Virus record (IMG/VR): IMGVR_UViG_3300028840_007129
DNA length: 64,000 nt
Source: an uncultured virus (IMG/VR IMGVR_UViG_3300028840_007129)
Taxonomy: Duplodnaviria; Heunggongvirae; Uroviricota; Caudoviricetes
Strand: one strand, 5' to 3'
Numbering within the stretch: position 1 is the stretch's first letter; each line of letters opens with the position of its first letter. Positions 52,216-63,639 of this stretch are shown here, piece by piece. A model generated the notes under the pieces. It was not told where the DNA came from. It saw only the letters and a program-made list of their open reading frames with translations, and searched no databases. The position numbers and the translations under genes were made by a program.

Positions 52216-52416
52216 TTAGGCACAGCACCAGGGCTTCATCTTCCGGCAGACGGGAAGGCCTTTCTCCTTGCAGCCTTTCCCACACAGGGCACAGAGGATA
52301 GGCTCGATATCGGGGTGGTGAAGTACGCCGAGTACCTCACCACCATCGAAGGTGAACGTTATCTCTTCAGTAGCTGAGACCTTGCTTCTTCTTCTCCTCG
52401 TTCTTGTACTGGACAC
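52216..52416 (-). CDS. Small Cys-rich protein, copy 2 (start uncertain)
   Basis: LCALCGKGCKEKGLPVC...PWCCA; paralog of 51771-52013. Confidence 0.55.
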   Translation of the reverse strand: MSSTRTRRRRSKVSATEEITFTFDGGEVLGVLHHPDIEPILCALCGKGCKEKGLPVCRKMKPWCCA

Positions 52417-52567
52417 CCAGGGCCTCCTTCTTCATGCGGCGTTCGCCGGTCTCACCGAGGGCGTCCTCGATGAACTTGGTGGCGGAAATACAGGACTTAC
52501 CCGTGAAGCCCTTCGTCTCCTTCTCGACGGTCCCGTCCCAGTTGAAGGTCAGGATTATCTCACCCAT
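52367..52567 (-). CDS. DUF2997-like protein
   Basis: IILTFNWDGTVEKETKGFTGKSCISATKFIEDALG; start at the ATG at 52567 after GGGAGG. Confidence 0.78.
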   Translation of the reverse strand: MGEIILTFNWDGTVEKETKGFTGKSCISATKFIEDALGETGERRMKKEALGVQYKNEEKKKQGLSY

Positions 52568-52988
52568 AAATTCCTCCCTTGACCTGGGCCTTGAGTTGGA
52601 CCCGGCCTTTGTCGTCCGTAGTCTCGGTGTACTTGATACCGCGTGCCTTGAACTCTTTCTTTGCCTTCTCGACCCCATAGTAGGTCGTCAGGCGCTGGAG
52701 CCAGGCGGAATCATACTTGTCGGCGATGACAGCCGTGTATGACCCGTCCGAGTTCTTCACGAACCCCAGGTCGTTATAGGCCCCATGCCCGAGATTCGGG
52801 CGACGGATGATGATGTGTGCGTTCACCGTCCGATGGCTGCCGTAGAGGTTCAGGAGTGTCGGGTCCTTGTGCCGCTCGATTATCGAAGCCGGAAATATGT
52901 GCCCGGTCTGGTTCTCGACCCTGCACAGGGCCTTGACCAGGCACTCCTCATCGGTGATCTTTGTGGACACGTCAACGGTGTGACTCAT
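52560..52988 (-). CDS. DUF1257 (Ycf35-like) protein, copy 1
   Basis: MSH...T.ITDEECLVKAL, NDLGFVKNSDGSY and WLQRLTTYYG. Confidence 0.8.
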   Translation of the reverse strand: MSHTVDVSTKITDEECLVKALCRVENQTGHIFPASIIERHKDPTLLNLYGSHRTVNAHIIIRRPNLGHGAYNDLGFVKNSDGSYTAVIADKYDSAWLQRLTTYYGVEKAKKEFKARGIKYTETTDDKGRVQLKAQVKGGIYG

Positions 52989-53440
52989 CCGTACATTCCT
53001 CCCTTGACCTGGGCCTTGAGCTGAACCCGGCCCTTGTCATCCGTTGTTTCGGTGTATTTGATACCGCGTGCCTTGAACTCCTTCTTCGCTTTCTCGACCC
53101 CGTAGTAGGTCGTGAGGCGCTGGAGCCAGGCGGGGCTGAACCCCATGGAACGACCGTCGAACTCGGAGATGATGGCGGAGTAGCTGCCGTCCGCTTCTTT
53201 CCGGAACCCAATATCGTTGGATGCTCGGCTGATAAACTGTCGTCGGATGATGATGTTGGCCTTATCGACCCGAACATCCCCGTGATACCCATAGAGATTC
53301 ACGGCCTTATTGTGGACCTCGATATGGGTCTTGTTCCAGGTCTTGTGATGACACTCGTGATAATTCTCGATACGGCAGAGGGCTGCAACCAGACACTCCT
53401 CATCCGTTATCGAGGTCTTCACGTCCACATAGTGGGACAT
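52985..53440 (-). CDS. DUF1257 (Ycf35-like) protein, copy 2
   Basis: MSHY...ITDEECLVAAL, LYGYHGDVR...ANIIIRR and SNDIGF...DGSYSAIISEFD. Confidence 0.82.
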   Translation of the reverse strand: MSHYVDVKTSITDEECLVAALCRIENYHECHHKTWNKTHIEVHNKAVNLYGYHGDVRVDKANIIIRRQFISRASNDIGFRKEADGSYSAIISEFDGRSMGFSPAWLQRLTTYYGVEKAKKEFKARGIKYTETTDDKGRVQLKAQVKGGMYG

Positions 53441-53693
53441 ACTTACTCCTTGTAGCCGTAGATGTGTACCAGTTGGACCATCAGGTCGGCCCGTTCTCTC
53501 GGCTCATAGTTCACGAAACGCGGAGTGAGATATCTTTCAGCTACCTCCCATTCTGAGGAGTCTTTCCAGACTTCCCAGACGAGGAGCTGTCGAAGTTCTT
53601 CCGTAGTGAGGGAGTTGAGGCCCGATGCCTCGTACTTGGCATGGGCCTCAAGTGCTGCGGTCTCCAAGTTGTCGGATGTCCCCCACTCGTAAC

Positions 53694-54734
53694 TCATTCG
53701 ACTTCCTTCGCGGCCCACTCGATCTTGCGGTGATACTCACCGGTGACCGAGTTCACGTCGGTGAGGTTACTGGCTGCGTCTGCCAGCTCGTTCAGCCGAC
53801 GCTTGAGCTCGCCCTGAAGTTCAACGTTGTCCTTCAGGACTTCACCCGGATAGGCATCCAGGAGTTCCTTCTTCAAGGAGTCCAGGAGGCCCTCAACCTG
53901 GGTATCACCCACGAAGTTGAGGTCCTTGAACCGCTGGATGAAGGCTTGGAGGCTGTTGAAGGTGTTACCCTTCACAACCTTTCCTTCCTTCATGTTCGTG
54001 AGGATCCGATTGGTAATCTCCAGCGTCTCCTGACGGAGAGTGGAGACCACGTCGGAGACGAAAGAGTTCATCTTGTCCTGGATGGCCCTCTTATACTCGG
54101 TCTGGGCGATCTGACGCTTCTCCTCGGATTCGAGGATGGCGTGACCGTCTACCGAATCCATGTTCGGTGCGGCGATGTTGTAGAGGTTCCAGGTAAGCTT
54201 GAACTTACCCATCAAGCTCTCGACCGGGGGATAGTACGCGGCGATCCGCAGCAGGAACTTCTCGATGAATTCCTGCCTCTGGGTCTCACGGTCCTCCAGG
54301 TTGAACTCGGTGACTCCCACCGGCTGCTGCATGTCGAAGGCGTGCTCGGCAGCCTGCCGGTAGATGGGGATCATCTGCTCCCGGAGTTCATCGTACTCGG
54401 TTACCAGCTTACAGGCCAGTTTGGTGTACTGGCTCTGAAGGTCTTCGAGCTCCTTGAGCACGTCCGCGAACTTGCGCTTCGGGATGAACCGGGCGTTCCC
54501 GATGGGAAACGGGAAGCTGTTCACCTCGACAACGCGGCGGGCCCTGCTCTCGACGTGCCGGAACTCCCGGATAACCTCGTCCGGGACCAGCATCTTGCGG
54601 CCCAATCGGAAGGCCTCGGCGACCTCGGACTCCTTCAAGCCCAGGTCATCGGGGGTCAGGGCCTTGGCACCGCTCCAGAAGCTTACATCGACGTCGCACA
54701 GGATACCATCGAGGAAGATATTGGAATAGTCCAT
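53694..54734 (-). CDS. DUF3150-like protein, first gene of the Ycf46 module
   Basis: 346-aa helical protein (WSGAKALTPDDLGL, LGRKMLVP); AAGGAGG SD and an upstream TATAAT. Confidence 0.72.
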   Translation of the reverse strand: MDYSNIFLDGILCDVDVSFWSGAKALTPDDLGLKESEVAEAFRLGRKMLVPDEVIREFRHVESRARRVVEVNSFPFPIGNARFIPKRKFADVLKELEDLQSQYTKLACKLVTEYDELREQMIPIYRQAAEHAFDMQQPVGVTEFNLEDRETQRQEFIEKFLLRIAAYYPPVESLMGKFKLTWNLYNIAAPNMDSVDGHAILESEEKRQIAQTEYKRAIQDKMNSFVSDVVSTLRQETLEITNRILTNMKEGKVVKGNTFNSLQAFIQRFKDLNFVGDTQVEGLLDSLKKELLDAYPGEVLKDNVELQGELKRRLNELADAASNLTDVNSVTGEYHRKIEWAAKEVE

Positions 54735-54802
54735 TAAGAACCTCCTTTAGAGATATTATACAGGTGTTTTCGGAGAATTCTAAAACTAATTGTTCGAGCA
54801 GG

Positions 54803-56958
54803 TTACGCGGGTCGGACCTGGGAGCCATAGGCCCAGCGATTGTAACCCTCGAAGGTGAGGGTCACGTCCTGGGCCCCTTCAAGGGACTCCCAGAAGACGG
54901 CGGATACGCCGGGGCCGTCGAGCATGCTGTCTTCGGCCAGGGTGATGGTCTTGACCTTCAACGTTCGGTAATCGAACTGGACAGTGTCACCGACCTTGAG
55001 AATCTTCCTCATCGATTTCCTCCTCTTGCATGACCCGTGGGAGACGATCCATCTCGTCGAGGACCCTATCAAGGGCCTCGTCGAAGTCTTCGTCCGGGTC
55101 ATAAAGACCCTCAAATTCATCTCTGATAGCTTGTTCGTGTGGATGAATACCCGCCATCAGGTCTCCTCCTCTTCAAGCAGCTTGGCGTCCTCGTCCATCG
55201 TCTTTTCGGCACAGAAGGCCGAACAGAACTTACCCCGGTCGGGGTCTTCAACTAGCGTGAACGTTTCCTTACGAACCGCTCCGCAGCGGTCACATCGGGG
55301 AAGCTCTTCCTGGGCCTTCTTGGCCCACTCTTTCAACTCCTGGGCCTCGGAGGGTATGAAGGGCATCGTGAAGCCCCCCGTGAACCCGTGAGCTACACCT
55401 ATGGACAGACCGGGATGGTCTTTCTTCCATTCCTCGGCGATGTTAAGAGCTGCCTCAACGGCCTCGACGGGGTCCAGATAATCCTGACCCTCCCCGGCAT
55501 ACTTGGGGACAAGCATGTCGGGATTGGCGTAGTCGACACCGCCAAAGGCGACCTCAACTACATTCTGGTCATCGGGGTCGGCTCCCCAATAACATTGGCG
55601 AGAGACGAAGTACGACATCTACAGCCTCCTTACGGACATCACGGCTGAAAGCGGGCAACGTTCGGCTGCCAGGACTTTCAAGACAGCGGCTGCCTTGTTG
55701 TGGGCATTCGTCTGGATGTTGACCGTTCCGTTATCGTGCTTGAGAGTTATGAGATAGTTGTGCAACGCGAATATCCATGAATCTGGTGACGACCTTTTCG
55801 GGGATGTTATCCATGGACAGGTCCCAGCAGGTCTCATAATCGAGCTGCTCGGAAACTGCCCAGACAAGATTCTCGGCTTCCATTTTGGACTCGATACCGG
55901 CCCTTATCATCTCCTGGGCTGTCTGGTCTATGTCTCGTAACTGAAGGCGACTGATAAGTCCGGGGAACTGGCACCGGATTCGTGCCAGACTCCCCGGAGC
56001 TCCCTCGGCGATGACGTTGACGCCGAGGTCATTGATGAGATAGTTCATGTCAGAGCGGCTGCCTTCTTGGCCCAGGCCAGTGCCCACTCGTTGCGGAAAT
56101 CAATCCACTGGGGGTCACCCGCATGGGATCCAATCTGACCGAGCACCATGATAAGGAACTCGATCATCTGACACTGGAGATGGCGGTGCTCCTTGGAGAA
56201 GAGCTTGGCGAGGGCCTTGGCCTCGGTCCCGTCATAGTTGAAGATTGACGAGTTGGCCATTCTGGAGAAGGCCTCCATGAAAGGCTCATACTTGCTGGAT
56301 CTTATCGCTATGGCCTGTTCCTCGGCACAGGTCATGCAAATATCAATATCATTCTCACCGAGATACAGACCATCGCCGTCCTCTTTCAGGACCCGAATAA
56401 GCCAGTCCTTACCAGATTTCTCCACCGGCTTGCCGCATGCTATGCAGTTCATCATCACACTTCCTCTCCGGTCTTCACTGAGAAGACTTTATAGGGAGCC
56501 TTTTCATTATCGAACCAGTCATGCCCGAAACAATATGTTCGGTTGTCGGGGTCCTGCTGTTCCAACTCGTTGCGGAGATACCCTGCGCCAGGGGCACAGG
56601 GACTACAGTACTGGGCATATGTGAAGTACGGCGACTTACAGATAAAGATGTCGCCGTAGTCATCCGACTGACAGATATACCCGTCGTCGTTGTAGACGAA
56701 ACAGTTACAGTCGGGGTCCGGATAATCGAAGTCCCTTTCCTGTATACGGTAGTAGCACTTTGGACACCGCTTGGCATCGGCACCCTTGCGTAACTCTGTC
56801 CCGCACTTGGGACAGTGATACGTATAGAAGGGCTCGCTGCTGTCGGCCCAGGCTTGCAGGACATCATTCTGGGGAATCACCCCATACCGAATGCCCGTCT
56901 TGGGATCAATGTTCGTCTGACCCCTTCCGTAATCGATCCCGCGATAGCTCGTTGTCAT
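54803..56958 (-). CDS. Hypothetical genes (including 55157-55618, 56045-56458 and Cys-rich 56455-56958)
   Basis: Coupled ORFs; several CxxC motifs. Confidence 0.6.
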
Positions 56959-57677
56959 GCGGCTTCCTCCTCAGTGGATTCCTTGACGCAGAAGGACTCG
57001 ACTATGTCCCGAAGGTTCGCCTTCAGGACATTGCCCTTGTGCTCCGTGTCGATTCTCTTGAAGGACATGTCACAACAGGATGTGACATTACCATTCGCGG
57101 AGATGTACAGGGTCTCCTCCTCGATGGAGTCCTCGTGCATTCTCCATGGTTTTTGGGGGTCAGGCTCTTGATAACCAACCCCGTTCTTGAGGGCGTTACC
57201 CTCGTTGATGGGCTCAGGTATATAATTCGTTCGGTGTTTCGGATAGAAGAACGGGAGGTCATCCCCCCATTCATTCTCAAATTGTCGTTTGGACCGCCAG
57301 TCCAGGCCCGGATGGAACTGGTCCTGGCTGACCTCCAGACAACAGCTATCCTTCTCGTCGCACCACTCATAGAGCTCTGACAGGGCCCGAAGAAACCGCT
57401 TGTAGCGGTTATGGGACTGTCCGTTTGACACGACGTAGAAATATCCAACGGTGATACCACGCATTCGTATATCGGTCAGGAACTCCTCGATGACTTCGGG
57501 AGCCAGGGAAGGCTCCCCGCCCGTGAAGGTCACGGAGGAGATGTAATCGAAGTTCGACAAGACTTCGTTCAGAACCTCTCGGCTCATGCTGAGTCTCTGA
57601 GCAGGCCCCCTCAGGCAATGGGCACACCGCAAGTTGCACTTACGGGTAATTTCGAGGACTAGGTTGTAGACCTGCAT
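56955..57677 (-). CDS. Radical SAM protein
   Basis: EITRKCNLRCAHC (CxxxCxxC), FTGGEP, VSNG, S.DQFH and a C-terminal YISANGNVTSCC. Confidence 0.9.
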   Translation of the reverse strand: MQVYNLVLEITRKCNLRCAHCLRGPAQRLSMSREVLNEVLSNFDYISSVTFTGGEPSLAPEVIEEFLTDIRMRGITVGYFYVVSNGQSHNRYKRFLRALSELYEWCDEKDSCCLEVSQDQFHPGLDWRSKRQFENEWGDDLPFFYPKHRTNYIPEPINEGNALKNGVGYQEPDPQKPWRMHEDSIEEETLYISANGNVTSCCDMSFKRIDTEHKGNVLKANLRDIVESFCVKESTEEEAA

Positions 57678-57678
57678 G

Positions 57679-59999
57679 TTATGCCTCCAAGTTACAGACG
57701 TCTCTGTAGACCCGATCTATATACTCGCACTTCTCCCGGTGATAGTGATCCCATTCGGCCGCGTTGAAGGACACGGCCAGGTCCCTGTCCGCCTCTGAGT
57801 CATACGTGACCCAGTAGCGGCCCATAGGACCGTCCCATTCCGCCATGGGATGTCCATCAACACTCACGTCGAAATCGGACAGATACTCCGGCGAGTCGTT
57901 ATCATTCCCACCGAAGAATTCCTCAATGGGGTTATACTCAATGCCGTCATCGATGAGCCAGTCGTCCTGGTCATCGTCGAGGGCAAGCAGGGTCTGGAGT
58001 TCCTTGTTACCCAGCTTCATGACTCCTCCTATCCTTTATAGATCCAGGACATGGCCTCAGCGGAACGAGTCCTGTCATGGACTCGTTCGAATATTCGAGC
58101 GACCATCCAGAGTTTGCCATCGTTGACGCCGACGTTGTAGTCGTCGTCACAGTCGAACTCGGTGTTCGACAGGATTTCGACTAACACCCCGGCGTTGTCC
58201 AGAGGAAGACCCTGGACCCGTCGCTCGATGATCATATCGGCGACGTAGGATGAACCTATGAGGTTGGGAATCTCCTCATCCGGACATTCCACTAGGGTCT
58301 TGTAATCCGGCTCTTTGTTCTTGGCCAGTTCCCGGAGAAAGTCAATGCATTCCTCCAGGGTTCTGGTCGCGAACTCTATCAATTCGTTCTCATCCAAGGT
58401 CTACCTCCGCAATGAGATTGAGAAGAGCGCACCACCGCGTGGTTTCCCGTTCGTACTTGTCGAAGTGCTTCAGGATGATACGACGGTATTCCATGACCTT
58501 GAGAGCCCGCTTCAGAGCCTCGTGAAGAGGGCTGTCCTTATCCAGGCCGAATACGAGGCCTGAACGATAGTCACCTGCCTTTCCGTACCGACAGATGACC
58601 GTGGGCCCCCCTAAATCATTCGGACAGAAATAGAGGTCGTTCTGATTGACCGTCCCGAGATATTTGCATTCGTCACAATCGTGCTCGTGAATAGGACCAG
58701 TCATCTAATCCCTCCAGGGTTCACAATACGAGGCGGGGATGTTCAGCCCGTAATACGTCAGGTCGTGACGTAGCAGGCTGTCCTTGAATCCTGAGACCTT
58801 CTCCGCGATTTTATCGAAGTCCTGCCAGAACCGATAGTTATCATCGGGTCCGCAGGCCGTACGGTTCGTGACGATGCTACCTGCCGGGATGACTATCGGA
58901 CCGTATCCCCGATAGTTCTCGACCCGATATTCCTTTATGGTCCGGGCAGTCTTTACTTTCATGCGTCCTCCCAATCATCGTCGAGAAGGTTCTTCTGGCA
59001 AGCAGCCAACACAGCCGAACGCCTTATCCGTTTCGGCTTCCTGCCGTACTTCCCGGAACGAGAAGGGGGTGCGACCTTCAGGATGAGGACGCACCCCCTA
59101 TGGCGGGGTCGTGCTTTCTGCTGCATCACCGTATGCTCTCCAGGTAGGCCCTCTGCTCGTCCTGGACCTGCTTAACGTTACGGACCATATTCTGAAGGGC
59201 CACGAAGCCCATCAGACAGAGGGTCAGCGTAAATGCGTATACAAGGCGCATCAGAACCCTCCCACCCTTTGGTTCATGCTCAGACGAAGGCCCAACTTAC
59301 GGGCCTGGTCTTGAGTTATAGGCTTGTCAAGAGACCGATGGAACCCGTTCTCCACCTCTCCAACGACCTCATCAACGACCCGCTCGGTCTTGGTGGCGAA
59401 CAGACCGAAGATGGCCATGACCATCACAGCCATCATCACAGCCAGCAATAGGACCATCATATGCTCTCCAGGAATTGCAAGACGTCCTGGGTGGATTCCA
59501 GGGCGATCTTGATGTTGAGAACGTCATCGCCGTTGATGATGGCGTCACGCTCCTTACGGGACGCAATCTCACGGTCGATGACCAGATTGACCGTGCGGGA
59601 CTCCTCCCCGTTCACGGTCACGGTCCAGGAGTCATAATAGCCGTCCCGAAGGATGGCATCATGAACTGCCTGAAAGACCCCATCGGGGTCATCGGTCATG
59701 ACCTGACCGGTGATGACCACTTTCAACTCCCGGTCACGGGAGCCGTGTTCGACACGGACCGGACCCAGACGTCCATACAGGGACGTCAGGGCCTGATATG
59801 TCGAAGGTTTCATGCCCTCAGACAGAGCTAGTTCCACCCCCTCACCAAGGAGATTCTTGAGCTCCTCAATAGTCCCCTTCTCGGGCTTGCGGGCAGTGAC
59901 TGCCTCAAAGACCCTACGGACCCCGTCCGTAAGGAACTGCACGGGCTCGATCCCGTGCTCGAAACAGTACTGAAATATCCGGGTGTTGTTGCTGTTCAT
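57679..59999 (-). CDS. Hypothetical genes (57679-58020, 58029-58397, 58390-58704, 58705-58961, 59251-59460, 59457-59999)
   Basis: Co-oriented ORFs with SD sites. Confidence 0.6.
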
Positions 60000-60030
60000 G
60001 ATGCCCCCTTGGGAGGGGGAGCGAAGACCC

Positions 60031-60663
60031 TTAGGCCTTCGCCCCACGTGATCCGATAACGGGAACGACCTTGAGGGCCTTCCCGAGATACTCCTTGATG
60101 AACCGGATGGCCGGTTCGGTCAAGGTGTGTGATATCTCGTTCAGGGTCCCTATCATGCCCTTGCGGGGCAGATAGGCCTCCTGGGCCACCACTGAACCTT
60201 CAGGGGCAGCCTCGGCCACGATGCCATGGGACTCGTCCTTGACCGTCAGGGTCAGGAAGTCCCATGGGTTTCGACCCTGGGCCTGGAGACCCTCAATGAG
60301 GGCCTGGGGGTCCAGGATCTCTGTGACCCTCTTCTCCTTACCGAAGAGCAGTGTCCGGCTTGGGCCGAACAGCTCATCGAGGAGAGGTCCCTGGTCGACT
60401 GCCAGGGCCCCGTTGGCCATCCGGAACTCGACCCGGATGGCCGGAAGGTCCTCGCCCGTGATACGCACGAGCGAGATGAAGTTGCCCTTACCGGTCTCAG
60501 CGACCCGGAGGGCTTCTGCCTCGTTGGCTATGGAGGTCTTCTTCTCGGCCTCCTTCGCCTGGAGGTCGGTTACCTCCGTGTGGATGGCTACGACCTCTTT
60601 GGCGAGGTCGAATATTGGGCCCTCCGAGACCGAAATCTCAGGAGCCTGGGCCTTCTTCGCCAT
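60031..60663 (-). CDS. Hypothetical protein (MAKKAQAPEISV...)
   Basis: AGGAGGT SD before the ATG at 60663. Confidence 0.75.
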   Translation of the reverse strand: MAKKAQAPEISVSEGPIFDLAKEVVAIHTEVTDLQAKEAEKKTSIANEAEALRVAETGKGNFISLVRITGEDLPAIRVEFRMANGALAVDQGPLLDELFGPSRTLLFGKEKRVTEILDPQALIEGLQAQGRNPWDFLTLTVKDESHGIVAEAAPEGSVVAQEAYLPRKGMIGTLNEISHTLTEPAIRFIKEYLGKALKVVPVIGSRGAKA

Positions 60664-60882
60664 GTTACCTCCTGGTCCGCCTGTTCTTTGCCCGCCTGTT
60701 CTTCGCCCGACGGTTGTTCTTACGGGCCTTGTAGATTGACCCGTAATCAACCGAGGACGTGGAGTAGCCGTGACCGCCAAACTCCGGAATGAATCCGGTG
60801 TTGCGGTTTATGTACTGGTGCAGGTTCACGGCCAACGTCATGCTGGCCAGACTCGCAACAAGGAGGATGTTACGGTCCATCA

Positions 60883-63210
60883 TTACGCGAAGACCCCCTC
60901 CATATGGGCAACGCACTCGGCGTTGCGACACGAGTAGCCAAGGTCGATGGACACGAAGTCCATCTGACCTCCACAGACCTCACACGTGAGGTTATCGGGA
61001 AGGCTGAGGTGCATATCATATGCTGCCTCCCCGATAAACGCGTCGTGCGCACCAGCTGCCGCAGTCTCGAACTTCGACTCCTCGGCCGGGCTCATGACCC
61101 GGACCGGCTGGGTCTGGGTCTGTTTGATGATGGCACTGATGACGAGAAGAACGATTGCGGCGGACAGACCGGCGAGCGTGTACACGATGACCTCCTCTGA
61201 TGATATTTGAATATTGCGTACTCAGCGCAGATGCTGAGTAGCATAACTCCTATGGGCATCAATAGACAAGGGATTACAAGGGCCACCAGTAACTCCTAAG
61301 TTCAGGGTCCCCACCCTGGCTTTCATCGCCCCAGAGGAGCTCTTCGAGGTCGAACTGGTCGGACTCCGGTACCGCCTCGATCTGACGGATGGACCGGATA
61401 TGGTCCATCTGCCAGGGGCGATACTGCCCCTTTCGCTTGCTGTTTTTCGGACGGGTCCGATTGGAGCACTCGGGCCCGTGCGGGAAACAGAACGTGCAAC
61501 CATTCCCGCCCGTTTCCAGGCGGGAAAGTTTGATATTGGACACGGCGGGACGATTCCCGATCACCGAGGATGACCGGGAGCGAACTCGGTTAATAGACAT
61601 AGCACCCCTTTTTTGAGGTTAGCCGTGACGGCTCACGGCGGGCAGCACTTCGACTCACGAAGTGCCCACTCTAGCCGGGATGACGTTCCCGGCTAACGAC
61701 CTCATGGACGGGTGTGCTCGCACCCGTCCGGACAAGAGCAATTCCCTTTCTCATCTCGGAAGAGGCACCAGGCCCCTCCGGAGACTTCCAGGTAACACTT
61801 CTGCTTAACGATCGCCCGTGCTGCCCAGCCCAGCAGGGTCCGGGCAGTCGGCACGTATGCCGCTACCCAAAGAAGAACGTTGCCCTTATGAAGACGCAGC
61901 TGCGTCTTCATATGATTTCTATCCGATTTTTCCCTCACCCCCGTTGCCATGTCGATACAATGAGTTTTTGCGAGAATCCTAAGAATTTCCCCGTACATAT
62001 TAACTCCTTTTCCATAATCGGGAAGCACCCCGATGCATGAAACCACCCGGTTTCATCCGCTCTAAATCGCGGTACGGTACGTATACGGGTGGCATACGTA
62101 CCGGGCACCCCGTACGTGGGGCTTATGGCGGGCATCGTACAGCCCACGACGGCCAACGACGGGATTGTCGTTGACTGCCGGTACTATTGTTTATGGTCCC
62201 GGTACCGTTCGGGACCCACCCGATATTCGGACTACGCCGTTTCCCCTCGGGCGGGGGTCGGGGAATACCTTGGTGGCTATCTAGGTATTATCTACCACCA
62301 AGGGTTAGGGTTCGGTCTAGTGAACAATAGGCCCTCCAAGGTTAGGCCGGGTGGCATGCCGGGGATACGTTCCCCGGCTAAACGACTTACTGCTTCTCGC
62401 CGATGAGCGAGCAGAATCGCCTGTAATGATCGGGCCCGGCGTAGGCCCACCGGGCGGAGGTCTCAACCTCCTGCACCGCCTTGCCGCCCTTGCGGGCGAG
62501 GGTGCGAAGGCGGGCCTGCACCGTCTTGTCGCGCCAGAGCGCGACATGGGCGGGTATCAGGTACCGCCGCTTGTCGGAGGGTACGTCCTGAAACAGGACG
62601 GCCTTCACGACACCGTGAAGGCCGTCCAGCGTTCTGCAGTAGGACGCCCACCGGGCGTCCTGGTTCGCGGCCCGGCGGTCGGCCAATTTGACGACGGTCG
62701 GAGCGACGGCCTCGAAGGCCGCCCGGAGAAGCTTATCAGTATGGGGCTGGGGCTGAGACTGGCGACGCATGAGCTACCTCCTGGTTGAATTGAAGTGTTA
62801 ACAAAGTTATAAAGGCGGGTGGGCCGTGTTGCACCTGCGCTCACGGCCTAAATTTCCGGGCGTCACGGATGGACACCCGCCACTTCGCGTCAAGGACCCA
62901 CACACCGTATGTGGTTAGAGCATACTAGCATTTCGCTCATGATCCCTTGGATGGCTTAACGTACCATCCATGAGTGGTTATACCACAACGTTAACGCCTA
63001 TATCCTGGGGATGTGGGTGACCCACCTCCCCTCACACCACATGCCGTTGACCCGCTCCTCCGCGTAGGTGGAGGGCTGCTCCGTTTCTACCGCGTAGAAG
63101 CGCCGCGCAGTGCTGCCAGGCTTCTTGTACATCACCGCGTACACCTCCCAGTCAGGCCCCAGCGTGTCGCGAGCGGCTGCTGCAGTTTCGAACGTGTTAT
63201 ACAGTTTCAT
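60883..63210 (-). CDS. Small probable early genes (60883-61185, 61274-61600, 62387-62770, 62998-63210)
   Basis: Strong SD sites; separated by structured intergenic spacers. Confidence 0.55.
62860..62881. repeat. 22-bp dispersed repeat, copy 1 (GCGTCACGGATGGACACCCGCC)
   Basis: Identical copy at 63268-63289; both lie upstream of minus-strand genes. Confidence 0.9.
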
Positions 63211-63267
63211 AAATCCTCCTAAGAAATGGCATACAGCAACATGCTAACGCAGGTATGCCAGCTACGA

Positions 63268-63289
63268 GCGTCACGGATGGACACCCGCC
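63268..63289. repeat. 22-bp dispersed repeat, copy 2
   Basis: Identical to 62860-62881. Confidence 0.9.
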
Positions 63290-63304
63290 CGTATCACCGC
63301 TTGA

Positions 63305-63639
63305 CACCCTATAGTTGACTGCAAGGTGTCACATATTCACACCTTGCAATGCCGCCTCGTTGACGGGCACCCTATAGTTGATTGCAAGGTGTCACATATT
63401 CACACCTTGCAGTCAATGCCGCCTCGTTGACGGGCACCCTATAGTTGATTGCAAGGTGTCACATATTCACACCTTGCAATCAATGGTGCCGTCCCGTTGA
63501 CGGGCACCCTATAGTTGATTGCAAGGTGTCACATATTCACACCTTGCAATCAATGGGTGTCACATATTCACACCTTGCAATCAATGGTGCCGTCCCGTTG
63601 ACGGGCACCCTATAGTTGATTGCAAGGTGTCACATATTC
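63305..63639. repeat. Tandem array of 63-70 bp double-hairpin units
   Basis: CACCCTATAGTTGA(T/C)TGCAAGGTGTCACATATTC starts at 63305, 63368, 63435, 63505 and 63606, plus a partial copy near 63556. Confidence 0.95.

Noticed and set aside
52560..53135. Diversity-generating retroelement TR/VR pair (also the 51771/52216 duplication)
   Set aside because: Mismatches are synonymous and not adenine-specific, and no reverse transcriptase is visible.
61615..61703. tRNA gene
   Set aside because: Cloverleaf-like, but it has no T-loop GTTCRA, D-loop GG or 7-nt anticodon loop.
63305..63639. CRISPR array
   Set aside because: The intervening sequences are near-identical rather than unique spacers, and no cas genes are present in the window.
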